DNA of 60,371 nt, counting the filler. It is 6 parts of 6 records of this genome, joined end to end, with 100 filler letters (N's around TTAATTAATTAA, not from the genome) between each part and the next. Parts side by side here need not be neighbours in the genome. Positions count along the whole stretch, not along the records: positions 11,530 to 29,890 come from SRR31147125_4982; 5 more parts are not named here. One strand, 5' to 3'. Shown piece by piece: positions 20,256 through 29,224 of the stretch (its first letter is position 1; every line of letters begins with the position of its first letter). A program made the position numbers and the translations under genes. The notes under the pieces are model-generated. The model saw nothing but the letters and a program-made list of their open reading frames with translations. It did not search any database and was not told where the DNA came from.

Positions 20256-20279
20256 TTAGCCATCAAGCGATGGCTTTTT
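20256..20279 (+). terminator. Intrinsic terminator after Bro-N
   Basis: AGCCATC-AAGC-GATGGCT followed by TTTT. Confidence 0.75.
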
Positions 20280-20299
20280 GATTTTTAAGGCTTATTGAT

Positions 20300-20451
20300 T
20301 TGTCTTCAATTAAAGAAAGTGCTATTATAATTGAAAAAGGCTCTCAAACCCGCTAAAACTTAAGAGAGCCTAGAACAACTAGAAAGATGTTCCGTGTACT
20401 ATGATTATACCATCTTTCTAGTTGCAAAACAACGAAAGGATGATGTTTATG
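20300..20451 (+). promoter_or_regulatory. Second two-hairpin leader with embedded antisense promoter
   Basis: Sense promoter TTGTCT-N17-TATTAT. Hairpin 20338-20371, perfect 14-bp hairpin 20376-20424, minus-strand TTGTTT-N17-TATAAT, RBS GAAAGGA and ATG at 20449. Confidence 0.55.
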
Positions 20452-20454
20452 ACA

Positions 20455-20783
20455 GCATAGCAACAAAACAAACTTTCGTAAAATATAGAAGACTAAATAA
20501 CAAAACTATAAATGATTTAAAAGCACTATATGATTATAGATGCCAAATTTATGGTGAAAGGACTAGAGATGTATGGATTTGATTTAGTTCATGCTCACCA
20601 TATAGAATATTTTTCTGAATATCAAAATAGCAATTCTGAAAATATTATAATTTTATCCCCAAATCATCATTTAAGAATTCACGCAGGTAATGCAGTTTTT
20701 GATAGTGGTAATTTGGAATAGATACGCTTTAATGGGTATAGAGAAAAGATTTATATCAATACCCATTTATATACAGAGTCTAA
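20455..20783 (+). pseudogene. Decayed HNH endonuclease (C-terminal domain fragment)
   Basis: Split over two frames: LKALYDYRCQIYGE / LVHAHHIEYF...N..NIIILSPNHH.RIH. Internal stop at ~20719, zinc cysteines lost. Confidence 0.7.
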
Positions 20784-20797
20784 TTTAGAGGAGCAGT

Positions 20798-21915
20798 ATG
20801 GTGAAACTTGAACTAGAGATGAATGATGCTAAATTTGTATACTCAAAAGACCAATTAGGATATAAAGAAGTGCTTGATGATTTTACACATGCAAAAAGGA
20901 TTATTATTATCACATATAATATATCTGAGAAAAAAATTATTTACTGGATTTAATTAAGAAAATTTCTAGCAAGACTGACATCATCCTAGTAACAAACATC
21001 CCAAATAGATGGGATAATTATTATTCTAAATATCATAAAGATTTAGCAAAAAAGAAAATAAGTATTTATCAATCAAAGCTAAATCCTGATGATATAGACG
21101 TTAAATTTCAAATATTTTTTAACTTTGAAAATCATGGCAAAATAATTATGACTGACAACATTGTATATATAGGTTCAGCCAACTATTCTGATGAAAGTGA
21201 AAATAATATAGAATTTGGCGTTATTAGTAAAGATAAGGTATTTATTAGTAGCTTAAATGAAATAATTGTTCCAGATGTAATTAAGCAATCAGAACCATTT
21301 TTCAATACAGATACATCAAAATTATATATCGATGCACAGTTTTATTCTTCTTCTATATTTACTTTTTATTCCGACCTATACCACCAAGTATATTTATTAA
21401 ATGATCACGCCGGAATAGACTACTACACATATAACGATTGTTATGATTCATTATCAGAACAATCATTACAAAATATTGTTTTTAGTATAACAGATGCCAT
21501 ATCTAACGCATCTTCACTTTATGATATCATATACGATACTCTCACTGTAGATCATGTAATTGGCGAATTAGACGATGAACTTAATAAATTGATGGATAAA
21601 GAACAAGACATTGAAAAGCTTCTAAGCAATAGCTGTATTATTGAATTATGCAATTTTGATATCAATCAGTTTGCATTAGATACTTTGGAAGACAAATATC
21701 ACCATTGTGCTTACGACGAAAGTTTAGATTACTATTTAGATAAATGTAATGATGAAGCAAACGACAAATTGTATGAATTAAGCCACTCAGCTAAAGAATC
21801 ATTGCTTGAATCATTAGATGCTATAAAACAATTTCATAATGATTATAGCACTTTCATAGCCCATTCTAAGAAATATATACGAACCATAAATCCCAAGATT
21901 AATAATACAAAATAA
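20798..21915 (+). CDS. Phospholipase D (HKD) nuclease-like protein, frameshifted at A7 run 20930-20936
   Basis: RBS GAGGAG + ATG at 20798. Adding one A joins the N-terminus to ...NHGKIIMTDNIVYIGSANYS..NIEFG (HxKxxxxD-GSxN). The ORF track shows only 21148-21915. Confidence 0.8.
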
Positions 21916-21949
21916 TGTACTTAAAAAAACACCTTATGATTCACAATTA

Positions 21950-22037
21950 TGTTATCAATCTGTTATCAAAAAGCAGTCTCAGCAACACTGAAGCCCAGTG
22001 TTTAGGCTTTCTAACACCCTGCTATCATTCCCCCGAT
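21950..22037. mobile_element. Putative att-site-like boundary of a genomic island
   Basis: Arm-type direct repeat TGTTATCAA twice (21950, 21961), inverted repeat AACACTG/CAGTGTT, and CTATCATTCCCCCGAT resembling the reverse complement of a guaA 3' end. Confidence 0.45.
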
Positions 22038-22094
22038 AATTTCATATGTAATCTGTGTGTTCTGTAGTGATTCCAGTTGCTTAGTTTGATTTTT

Positions 22095-23574
22095 TCACTC
22101 AGTCATATATCTATTTAGTACACGTTTAAAAGCCGTAGACATAGGGTATTGGTCCATCTCTTTAAAACTAACCCACACATTTTCTGTGTGATACAATACC
22201 ACTTGCTTGTCTGTTTTTAAGAACGTGCAGGTGAATATGCCAGACTTTATGTGTGAAAACATGCTTATATATGTTCTTTACTATCTTCTCTATAGTAAAC
22301 GCCGCAATATCGAAGTGATCTAACAGATATTTCTCTATGTCCTTAGAATCGTCAACCTTTTTTGATATCATATAGGGTAAACCATAAAGTCCTGCTAATA
22401 AACCTTCTTCTTTTGCCTTTGTCAAAATGAATTTATCTTGTACAATAACTAGCAATGCATCAACAGTTTCTACCTTTTTCTTTCTACCTTTAGAAACTAT
22501 AGGTAACTGGTTGGTTAACCCCAAAGTCTTTGCAATACATCCATAGTTCATAGGACAAACATCACAGTTTGGATTTTGAGGCGTGCATATAGTAGCGCCT
22601 AGTTCCATAAGTCCTTGATTGAAATAGCTAATATTAAAATCCTCTAAGCTAGAACTTTCACGGATTATTTCGCAGACTCTTTTTTCAATATATTGACGAT
22701 TACTTGGTTGTTTAATATCATCTCTATGGTGATAGAATCGCGATATAACACGCATAACGTTTCCGTCAACAGCTGGTAACAAGTGACCTGCTGAAATGCT
22801 CAAAATAGCACCCGCAGTGTATCGTCCAATACCAGGCAACTGGATCATAGACTTATAGTCCTCTGGGAAAATCCCTTCATAATTGTCCACCACTGTCTTA
22901 GCACAGCTCATTAATCTTCTAGCTCTACCATAGTATCCTAGACCTTCCCAAGACTTAAATACATCGTCTTCACTAGCTTTTGAAAGTGCATCAATATCTG
23001 GCCATTTTTCAAGAAACGCTTCGTAGTAAGGTATCACCGTATTCACCTGAGTCTGTTGGCACATTATTTCAGATAGCCAAATTTTATATGGATCTTTTGT
23101 TTCTCTCCATGGTAGTTTCCTGTGGTTCTCAGCATACCAACTCACAAGAGCTGATGACATTTCATCATACGGCATCATTAAAAGCTCGTCAAAGTAGTGA
23201 CTTTCAATTAAATACTCCACTTGATACTTTAGTGCAAGTTCCAAGAGCAAAGACTTGACCATCTCAACCTTACATAACCCATCCTCATAACCTTCAATGG
23301 ATTTTAGTACTTTAGCCTTTTCATCTGCCGTTGCGCGCTTCTTTATATATCCCCATGTATGGTAAAATGTATGGATTACAGCCTTTTTTTGGGGTCTCAT
23401 CAATAAATAGTTCTCAATAGTTTCACGAACTATCTTAGGGTTGACTCCCTTACTAAGGCTCTTTGATATACTTTTATAGTACTGATCATCTCGCTCCATT
23501 ACACAATATTTTTGAGCAGCCCAGTACTCCTCTACAGACTTTTGATTTTTATTTTGTGTTTCAATATTTTTCAT
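22095..23574 (-). CDS. mutY: A/G-specific adenine glycosylase MutY with N-terminal DUF1722 (YbgA-like) fusion; frameshift near the 3' end
   Basis: LPWR, SEIMCQQTQV, WEGLGYY, LPGIGRYTA, VDGNVMRV, CxxxxxxCxxCxxxxxC Fe-S loop. Removing one base from the T5 run at 22214-22218 gives the canonical end VWVSFKEMDQYPMSTAFKRVL* at 22095. Confidence 0.9.
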
Positions 23575-23658
23575 AATCCCCCTACCTATATGAGGTCATT
23601 ATAGCATAATTTTTTAGATAAGGTTTAGGATTCAAGGATTGTGTAAAGCAATTGAACA

Positions 23659-23736
23659 GAGCACATCCAAAGATTTCTTGGTATGCGCTCTTGCCTTAGC
23701 CGTGTTTTGTTTTATAGCTACTCCCCACTCACTACT
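23659..23736 (-). promoter_or_regulatory. Degenerate yybP-ykoY (Mn2+) riboswitch-like remnant with overlapping terminator hairpin
   Basis: Minus strand GGGGAGTAGC...AAACAAA..CGG...GGCAAGA followed by the GAGCGCAT...ATGTGCTC stem. Confidence 0.4.
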
Positions 23737-24017
23737 AAAACTCGTTTGTTAAACAGTATCGTTTAGGCGGTTTGACTCTCATTATCCGTATTATATACAT
23801 TACCCATATATTTTGGGCTATCTGATTTTTTATTACCGAATTGTTGCCAGTATTATTTATAATATCGAACAATGTTTAAGCAATGATACGAATCTAATAA
23901 AAATACTCTAACATATAAGCAATATTATAAACAATAAAGGGTGTATAATATCTTTACACACCTCTCCATTTTTGTCAGCTGTTTATCTTTTATACTTTTC
24001 ATCATACATCTCTAAAA

Positions 24018-25304
24018 TTATATCTTTTTTGCTTTGAGCGCCGAATAATATTTATCCAGTACATCATGCACCTTATCCATCATTAAATTCACTGCGGATA
24101 CATCGAGCTCTTTTCGTCTGATTTTTTCATACTGATTCGGCATAAACTGCTTTATCAACGTCAATGGAATCTGCTTTGAATCAAAACGCTTGATCAGTTC
24201 TTTGATTGATGTTTGTATTTCCTCATGATTAAAATAGTACCGCCATCTGTCTGAATAACTGTATTTCCTTTTCAAAACAACTTCTGTCGCATCACCAGTA
24301 TAGTACTTTTCCCAATACTTAGGGTTTTGACACATCACCAAATCCAAATCCTTGATAAAGTCATGTCCTTCGTTACTTGCGTTACAGATATGCTGCAAAG
24401 AGAACAAACCTTCACGCAGTTCAAATGTCAGCTCCGGACCCACTTTCAAGATCGCTATACCGTCTTCGACCATCTCTTTCAGTTTTTCTTGTCGCTGATA
24501 ATCCGTAGAATGCCCTTCAAAGACAATAGTCTCGTGCGCTTCAAGTGCACTTGTCAACGCTTCAGCGTTTTTCCGATCGTACTCATCAACGCTATCATCT
24601 CCAAATTCAACACCCGGCTGAACCACCACTGCGATCACCCGTTCAAAGGCATGATTTAATCCAAAATCGTCAAATGTATCCTTAAACACATTGACCGTCG
24701 TTTCAAAGTCCTGCTTTGATGTTACAACAACGCCTTCGTGATCGCCCTGCACACCGCCCGGTATCGGCACTTCACTACCAATTACATAGACCAAATCACT
24801 CGCTCGATTGAACTCATCTTCAAAAGCAGCTTCCGCCACTTTGCACAGTGTTGCTCCTCTAGCTGCTATGATTTCATCACTGAGTCTTTCTTCTTTGCTG
24901 TCACTAGCCAGCCGCATACTGGTATCGATATGAATCTTTTCAAAACCGGCACGTACAAACAGCTCGATTGCGGTTTCGGCTTCCTTCATCGCTGTCTCTG
25001 CATCCTTGTCTTGCACAAACAGCGGTCCAAGATGATCACCACCTAAGATGAGCTTTTCTGTATCAAAACCTACTCCATCCGCAAGCTTAAAGACAAAATC
25101 TCTAAAATCCTGCGGCTTCATACCGGTATAACCGCCGTACTGATTGACTTGATTTGCCGTTGCTTCAATCAAGATAAAGCAATCATGCTTCTTCCCATAT
25201 TCCAACGCCGCTTTTACAACATACTCGTTTGAACTACACAGGGATAGTATCCCACTTACCTTCCCACATGCAATCGCTCTTAAATAATTCGTTCCTTTAC
25301 TCAT
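24018..25304 (-). CDS. gatZ: GatZ/KbaZ-family tagatose-6-phosphate 4-epimerase
   Basis: IEATANQVNQYGGYTG, LGGDHLGP, KIHIDTSM, YVIGSEVPIPGG, VVQPGVEF, FEGHSTDYQ, LKVGPELTF, SYSDRWRYY. Confidence 0.92.
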   Translation of the reverse strand: MSKGTNYLRAIACGKVSGILSLCSSNEYVVKAALEYGKKHDCFILIEATANQVNQYGGYTGMKPQDFRDFVFKLADGVGFDTEKLILGGDHLGPLFVQDKDAETAMKEAETAIELFVRAGFEKIHIDTSMRLASDSKEERLSDEIIAARGATLCKVAEAAFEDEFNRASDLVYVIGSEVPIPGGVQGDHEGVVVTSKQDFETTVNVFKDTFDDFGLNHAFERVIAVVVQPGVEFGDDSVDEYDRKNAEALTSALEAHETIVFEGHSTDYQRQEKLKEMVEDGIAILKVGPELTFELREGLFSLQHICNASNEGHDFIKDLDLVMCQNPKYWEKYYTGDATEVVLKRKYSYSDRWRYYFNHEEIQTSIKELIKRFDSKQIPLTLIKQFMPNQYEKIRRKELDVSAVNLMMDKVHDVLDKYYSALKAKKI

Positions 25305-26229
25305 TGATTAAACCCCTTACCATTTCAGGACTAATCTCACCCTCCATCGGACCTAACTTCATCACATTCAGTGCCCCTGCGGCTGATGCCATCTTGCCGG
25401 CTTCCATAATGGACTTGCCTTCTAAAAGCCCACATAACAGCGCCGCATCAAAGCAATCACCTGCACCGGTTGGGTCTACTTCTTGTACTTGATACAACGG
25501 GCAGTCCACTTTTTCGTCTCTCGTATAAAGCGTTGTACCCTTACTGCCTTTTTTCAGCGCAACCACTTCCATCTTTTCATATTCAAACAGCTTAGCGATA
25601 CCCGCATCGATATCATCTTCTCCTGTCAGCATCTTAAGCTCATCGATTCCAGGCATCAAGACAGCGCAGTTTTCCAGCACATTACCCAATACTTCCTGTA
25701 CTGTTCTACCGCCAAGCAATTCCGATCGGATATTCGGATCAAACGATATCTTTGCACCGTTTTTAGCAAACTCCATCGCAGCATCGATGATCTTATTCTT
25801 AAATTCATCGCTCGCCATCAGCGAGCAACCCATAATATGAAAATACTTTGGGTCGTCAATATCACCAATATCAAATGGCTTTGGATGCACCGCCGGTGTG
25901 TTGCCGATATGATAAATGAATTTCCGCGATCCGTCTTCAAAGTAAGTGACGAATGCAACCGCGGTTGATTCTTGTTCATCCTCAAAGACGTAATCTACGT
26001 TCACGCCATCTTTTTTTAAGCGGTCTAAGATGTTTTTGCCAAAGTCATCTTTGCCAACACCACCGAATATTCCGCTTAAGTGCCCAAGTCTTGCCACCGT
26101 ATCAATAAAGATCGCTGGTGCACCACTTGGAAACGGTCCTCTAAAATCGCCTTCTTCGAAGAGTTCCGTGCCTACATCCGGTCGCATAACCTCAACGAGC
26201 ATCTCGCCCATTGTCCAAATCTCACACAT
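25297..26229 (-). CDS. PfkB-family sugar kinase (tagatose kinase-like)
   Basis: GPFPSGAPAIFID, SFDPNIR, DPTGAGDCF. Confidence 0.9.
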   Translation of the reverse strand: MCEIWTMGEMLVEVMRPDVGTELFEEGDFRGPFPSGAPAIFIDTVARLGHLSGIFGGVGKDDFGKNILDRLKKDGVNVDYVFEDEQESTAVAFVTYFEDGSRKFIYHIGNTPAVHPKPFDIGDIDDPKYFHIMGCSLMASDEFKNKIIDAAMEFAKNGAKISFDPNIRSELLGGRTVQEVLGNVLENCAVLMPGIDELKMLTGEDDIDAGIAKLFEYEKMEVVALKKGSKGTTLYTRDEKVDCPLYQVQEVDPTGAGDCFDAALLCGLLEGKSIMEAGKMASAAGALNVMKLGPMEGEISPEMVRGLINE

Positions 26230-26239
26230 GTTTTGCTCC

Positions 26240-27106
26240 TTATTTTAAAAACGCGTTCTTCAGAAACTTGAGTGACTCACTAATATTTTTATCCATAGCA
26301 GCTTCATCCGCTCCATTAGAAATATCTCGCCAAACTTTAATGTCTTCGCCAACCTTTCCACCCATTTTTACAAATGGTTCCATAACAACTCCACCAGTAA
26401 AATCGATATCTCTAAGTGCTTGCCCAATTGCATCCCATGGAAGCGAACCAGTCCCTGGCAGATTTCGATTTCCTTCTCCAATATGAACATGACCTAAATA
26501 ATTACCAGTATATCTGATTGCATCAGCAATATTAGCCTCCTCAATATTCATATGGAATGTATCTAGCAATACTTTTGCCCTTGGCATATCAACATCTTTA
26601 CAAAACCTAACAGCTTCCTCAGAAGTATTTAATACATTTGACTCAAATCTATTGACCACTTCTAAACAAAAATCAATACCCAAATCTCCAGCTCTTTTCG
26701 CTAATACTTTGACGCTTTCAACACCTCTTGCCCAAATCTCCGGTTTATCCAAATCATCAAATTCACATGGCCAGTAAGTATTCATAACCCCAACCAATGC
26801 ACGCGAATCAAGTTTATCCATTTGCTTCATTATATTTGTTAAAAACTCAATGCCTGCTTTTCTAATTTCAGGATCTTTAGATGCTACATCCTTATCCTTT
26901 GGCGGACCAATATTAGATGATATTTCAATCTTCAGATCTGCAGCTAAAGATTTAAGGTCAGCAATTTCTTGATCACTCATTTTCAACAAATCACCTGCTC
27001 CTATTTCTAATATATCAAATCCACAGTCCTTAACCTTCTTCGCAAAGTGCATATAGTCACCATGCCACTCACTTGTCCAATATGCAAATAATGTTCCAAA
27101 TTTCAT
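26240..27106 (-). CDS. D-psicose/D-tagatose 3-epimerase family protein
   Basis: GFDILEI, LEVVNRFE, LLDTFHMNIEE, HVHIGEGNR..PG, VMEPF, VWRD (Glu-Asp-His-Glu metal tetrad). Confidence 0.9.
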   Translation of the reverse strand: MKFGTLFAYWTSEWHGDYMHFAKKVKDCGFDILEIGAGDLLKMSDQEIADLKSLAADLKIEISSNIGPPKDKDVASKDPEIRKAGIEFLTNIMKQMDKLDSRALVGVMNTYWPCEFDDLDKPEIWARGVESVKVLAKRAGDLGIDFCLEVVNRFESNVLNTSEEAVRFCKDVDMPRAKVLLDTFHMNIEEANIADAIRYTGNYLGHVHIGEGNRNLPGTGSLPWDAIGQALRDIDFTGGVVMEPFVKMGGKVGEDIKVWRDISNGADEAAMDKNISESLKFLKNAFLK

Positions 27107-27178
27107 TTATGTTCTCCATTTTTTAGTCATTAAGTGTAAACACTTGTTTTAGATTTAATTCATTATTATAAAAAGTTT

Positions 27179-27196
27179 GGGAGGCAAATGCCTCCC
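27179..27196. terminator. Stem-loop after the binding-protein gene
   Basis: GGGAGGCA-AA-TGCCTCCC. Confidence 0.6.
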
Positions 27197-27226
27197 TATC
27201 AAACTTACAGTATCGAATAATTAAAA

Positions 27227-28228
27227 CTATTTTAAATACTCTCCAACTGTATCCAAAGTGATCAACTGGAAAGGTACCATATTTTCTTTTGGTACTTCCT
27301 CGCCTTTAGCCACAGCATATGCAACTTCTACAGTTTTACTTGCTTGACCTGCAGCATCTTGTAAAATAGTTGCTGTCAAACGACCTTCCGAAACTGCTTG
27401 AAGAGCGTCAGGAATAGCATCAACCCCAACGATAATTATTCCTTCTTTACCCATTGCCTCTACAGCTTGTAATGCACCCATAGCCATGTCATCGTTTTCA
27501 CAAAGTATAGCACCGATATCATCGTATTTTCCTAACCAGTCTTCAGTAATAGACATAGCTTTATCACGTTGCCAATCAGCAGAAAGTTCTGCTAATAAAT
27601 TAAAGCTCGAATCACCAAGAATTGTGTTGTCTAGTCCCTCTCTACGGAAAATTTGCGCAGATTGACCCATATTACCTTCTAACAATACAACATTACCAGT
27701 TTCTCCTAATTGTTCCATTACATAGTTACCCATAATTTCACCAGCTTCAACATCTTGAGATCCTACATAAGCAATATAATTCTCATTTGTTGTAAGTGTG
27801 TTTACTTCAACAACAGGAATACCAGCTTCTTCACATAAGTCTAGTGCACGACCAGATCCTTCGGCATCTTGTGCGTTAAGAACTAGAACATCAATACCTT
27901 TTGCAATCAAATCTTCTACTTGTGACAATTGTTTACTTACATCAGCTTGTGCATCAACAAACAAAAGCTCAACATCATCATACTCTGAAGCTTTGACTTT
28001 AATTGCCTCACCCAATGTGTTAGAATAAGTATCAGACATGGTTTTCATGGTGACACCAATGGTAAAAGTATCTGCGCTTTCAGCTTGGTCAGATTGAGAC
28101 GCAGATTCTTTTTCTTCTGGTGTATTGACTTCTTCACTAACTGAATCATTACTTGCGCAAGACACCATCCCTACTGCTAGAAGCAGTACTAATACTACAA
28201 TTACGATTTTTTTCATAGTTTCCTCCAT
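27227..28228 (-). CDS. Monosaccharide ABC substrate-binding lipoprotein (RbsB family)
   Basis: Lipobox MVSC, DAQ.D..KQ..QVEDLI, NDDMAMGA, VGVDA, TILQ. Confidence 0.92.
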   Translation of the reverse strand: MEETMKKIVIVVLVLLLAVGMVSCASNDSVSEEVNTPEEKESASQSDQAESADTFTIGVTMKTMSDTYSNTLGEAIKVKASEYDDVELLFVDAQADVSKQLSQVEDLIAKGIDVLVLNAQDAEGSGRALDLCEEAGIPVVEVNTLTTNENYIAYVGSQDVEAGEIMGNYVMEQLGETGNVVLLEGNMGQSAQIFRREGLDNTILGDSSFNLLAELSADWQRDKAMSITEDWLGKYDDIGAILCENDDMAMGALQAVEAMGKEGIIIVGVDAIPDALQAVSEGRLTATILQDAAGQASKTVEVAYAVAKGEEVPKENMVPFQLITLDTVGEYLK

Positions 28229-28256
28229 TTATTTTTTTTGTGCTTACCACACAAAC

Positions 28257-29210
28257 TTAAATCATACTAGTTTTTTTCGTTTTCAAATCTAAATATACAG
28301 CAGCTAAGATAATAATTCCTTTAACAATCATCTGATAATATGATGAAACATCTAGTAAGTTAAGTCCATTATTAATTACACCAATTATCAGAACACCAAT
28401 TACAGTACCAACAATAGATCCATTACCGCCATCAAGGCTTGTACCTCCAATAACAGTTGCTGCAATCGCATCTAACTCGTATCCATTTCCAATTGCAGGC
28501 TGTCCAGAGTTAATTCTTGATGCTAAAACTACTCCTGCAAGACCCGTTAAAACACCACTAATAACATATACAAAAACCTTAACACTAGAAACACGTACAC
28601 CAGATGCCTTTGCTGCTTCCGCGTTACCACCTACCGCATAAACATATCTTCCAAATCGAGTTCCATTAAGCAGTATCGCTGCAAGTATAATCACAACAAC
28701 AAATATCACAATCGGAACTGGAAATGGACCAATATATTTCTGTCCAAAGAAAGTAAAAGATTCAGAGTCTAAAACATAAGGTTTTCCGTTTGAATAAACA
28801 TATGCAAATCCTCTTCCAATGGTCATTGTAGATAATGTTACAACAAATGGGGGTAGTCCTCCCCTTGCAACTAAAACCCCGTTTGCCAAACCAAATATTC
28901 CACAAACTAGCACTGCTGCTAATAGCGCCAACCAGCCATATTCTGGATTCACCAAAACTATACTTCCAGATATTACTCCAGATACAGCGACTAGTGATCC
29001 AACTGAAAGATCAATACCACCTGTTAGTATTACAAATGTCATGCCAATTGCAATTATTCCATTAATCGAAATCTGTCTTATAACGTTTACGGCATTATGC
29101 ATAGTTCTGAAAGTTTCTGAAATGCTCGCAAGCACAATACATATTAAAACAAACCCTATTGCAATTCCATACTTTCTAATAATGCTTGAAAAATCTTTAC
29201 TTTTAATCAT
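28257..29210 (-). CDS. Monosaccharide ABC permease (RbsC family)
   Basis: GGIDLSVG, PPFVVTL, TRFGRYVYAVGGN, GYELDAIAATVIGG. Confidence 0.94.
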   Translation of the reverse strand: MIKSKDFSSIIRKYGIAIGFVLICIVLASISETFRTMHNAVNVIRQISINGIIAIGMTFVILTGGIDLSVGSLVAVSGVISGSIVLVNPEYGWLALLAAVLVCGIFGLANGVLVARGGLPPFVVTLSTMTIGRGFAYVYSNGKPYVLDSESFTFFGQKYIGPFPVPIVIFVVVIILAAILLNGTRFGRYVYAVGGNAEAAKASGVRVSSVKVFVYVISGVLTGLAGVVLASRINSGQPAIGNGYELDAIAATVIGGTSLDGGNGSIVGTVIGVLIIGVINNGLNLLDVSSYYQMIVKGIIILAAVYLDLKTKKTSMI

Positions 29211-29224
29211 TTATACTCTCCTAA

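Noticed and set aside
20394-20721. Two independent small proteins (62 and 63 aa)
   Set aside because: They are leader sequence plus fragments of one decayed HNH gene.
22168-22220. Novel MutY C-terminus NRQASGIVSHRKCVG
   Set aside because: Product of a one-base indel. The adjacent frame holds the canonical MutY end.
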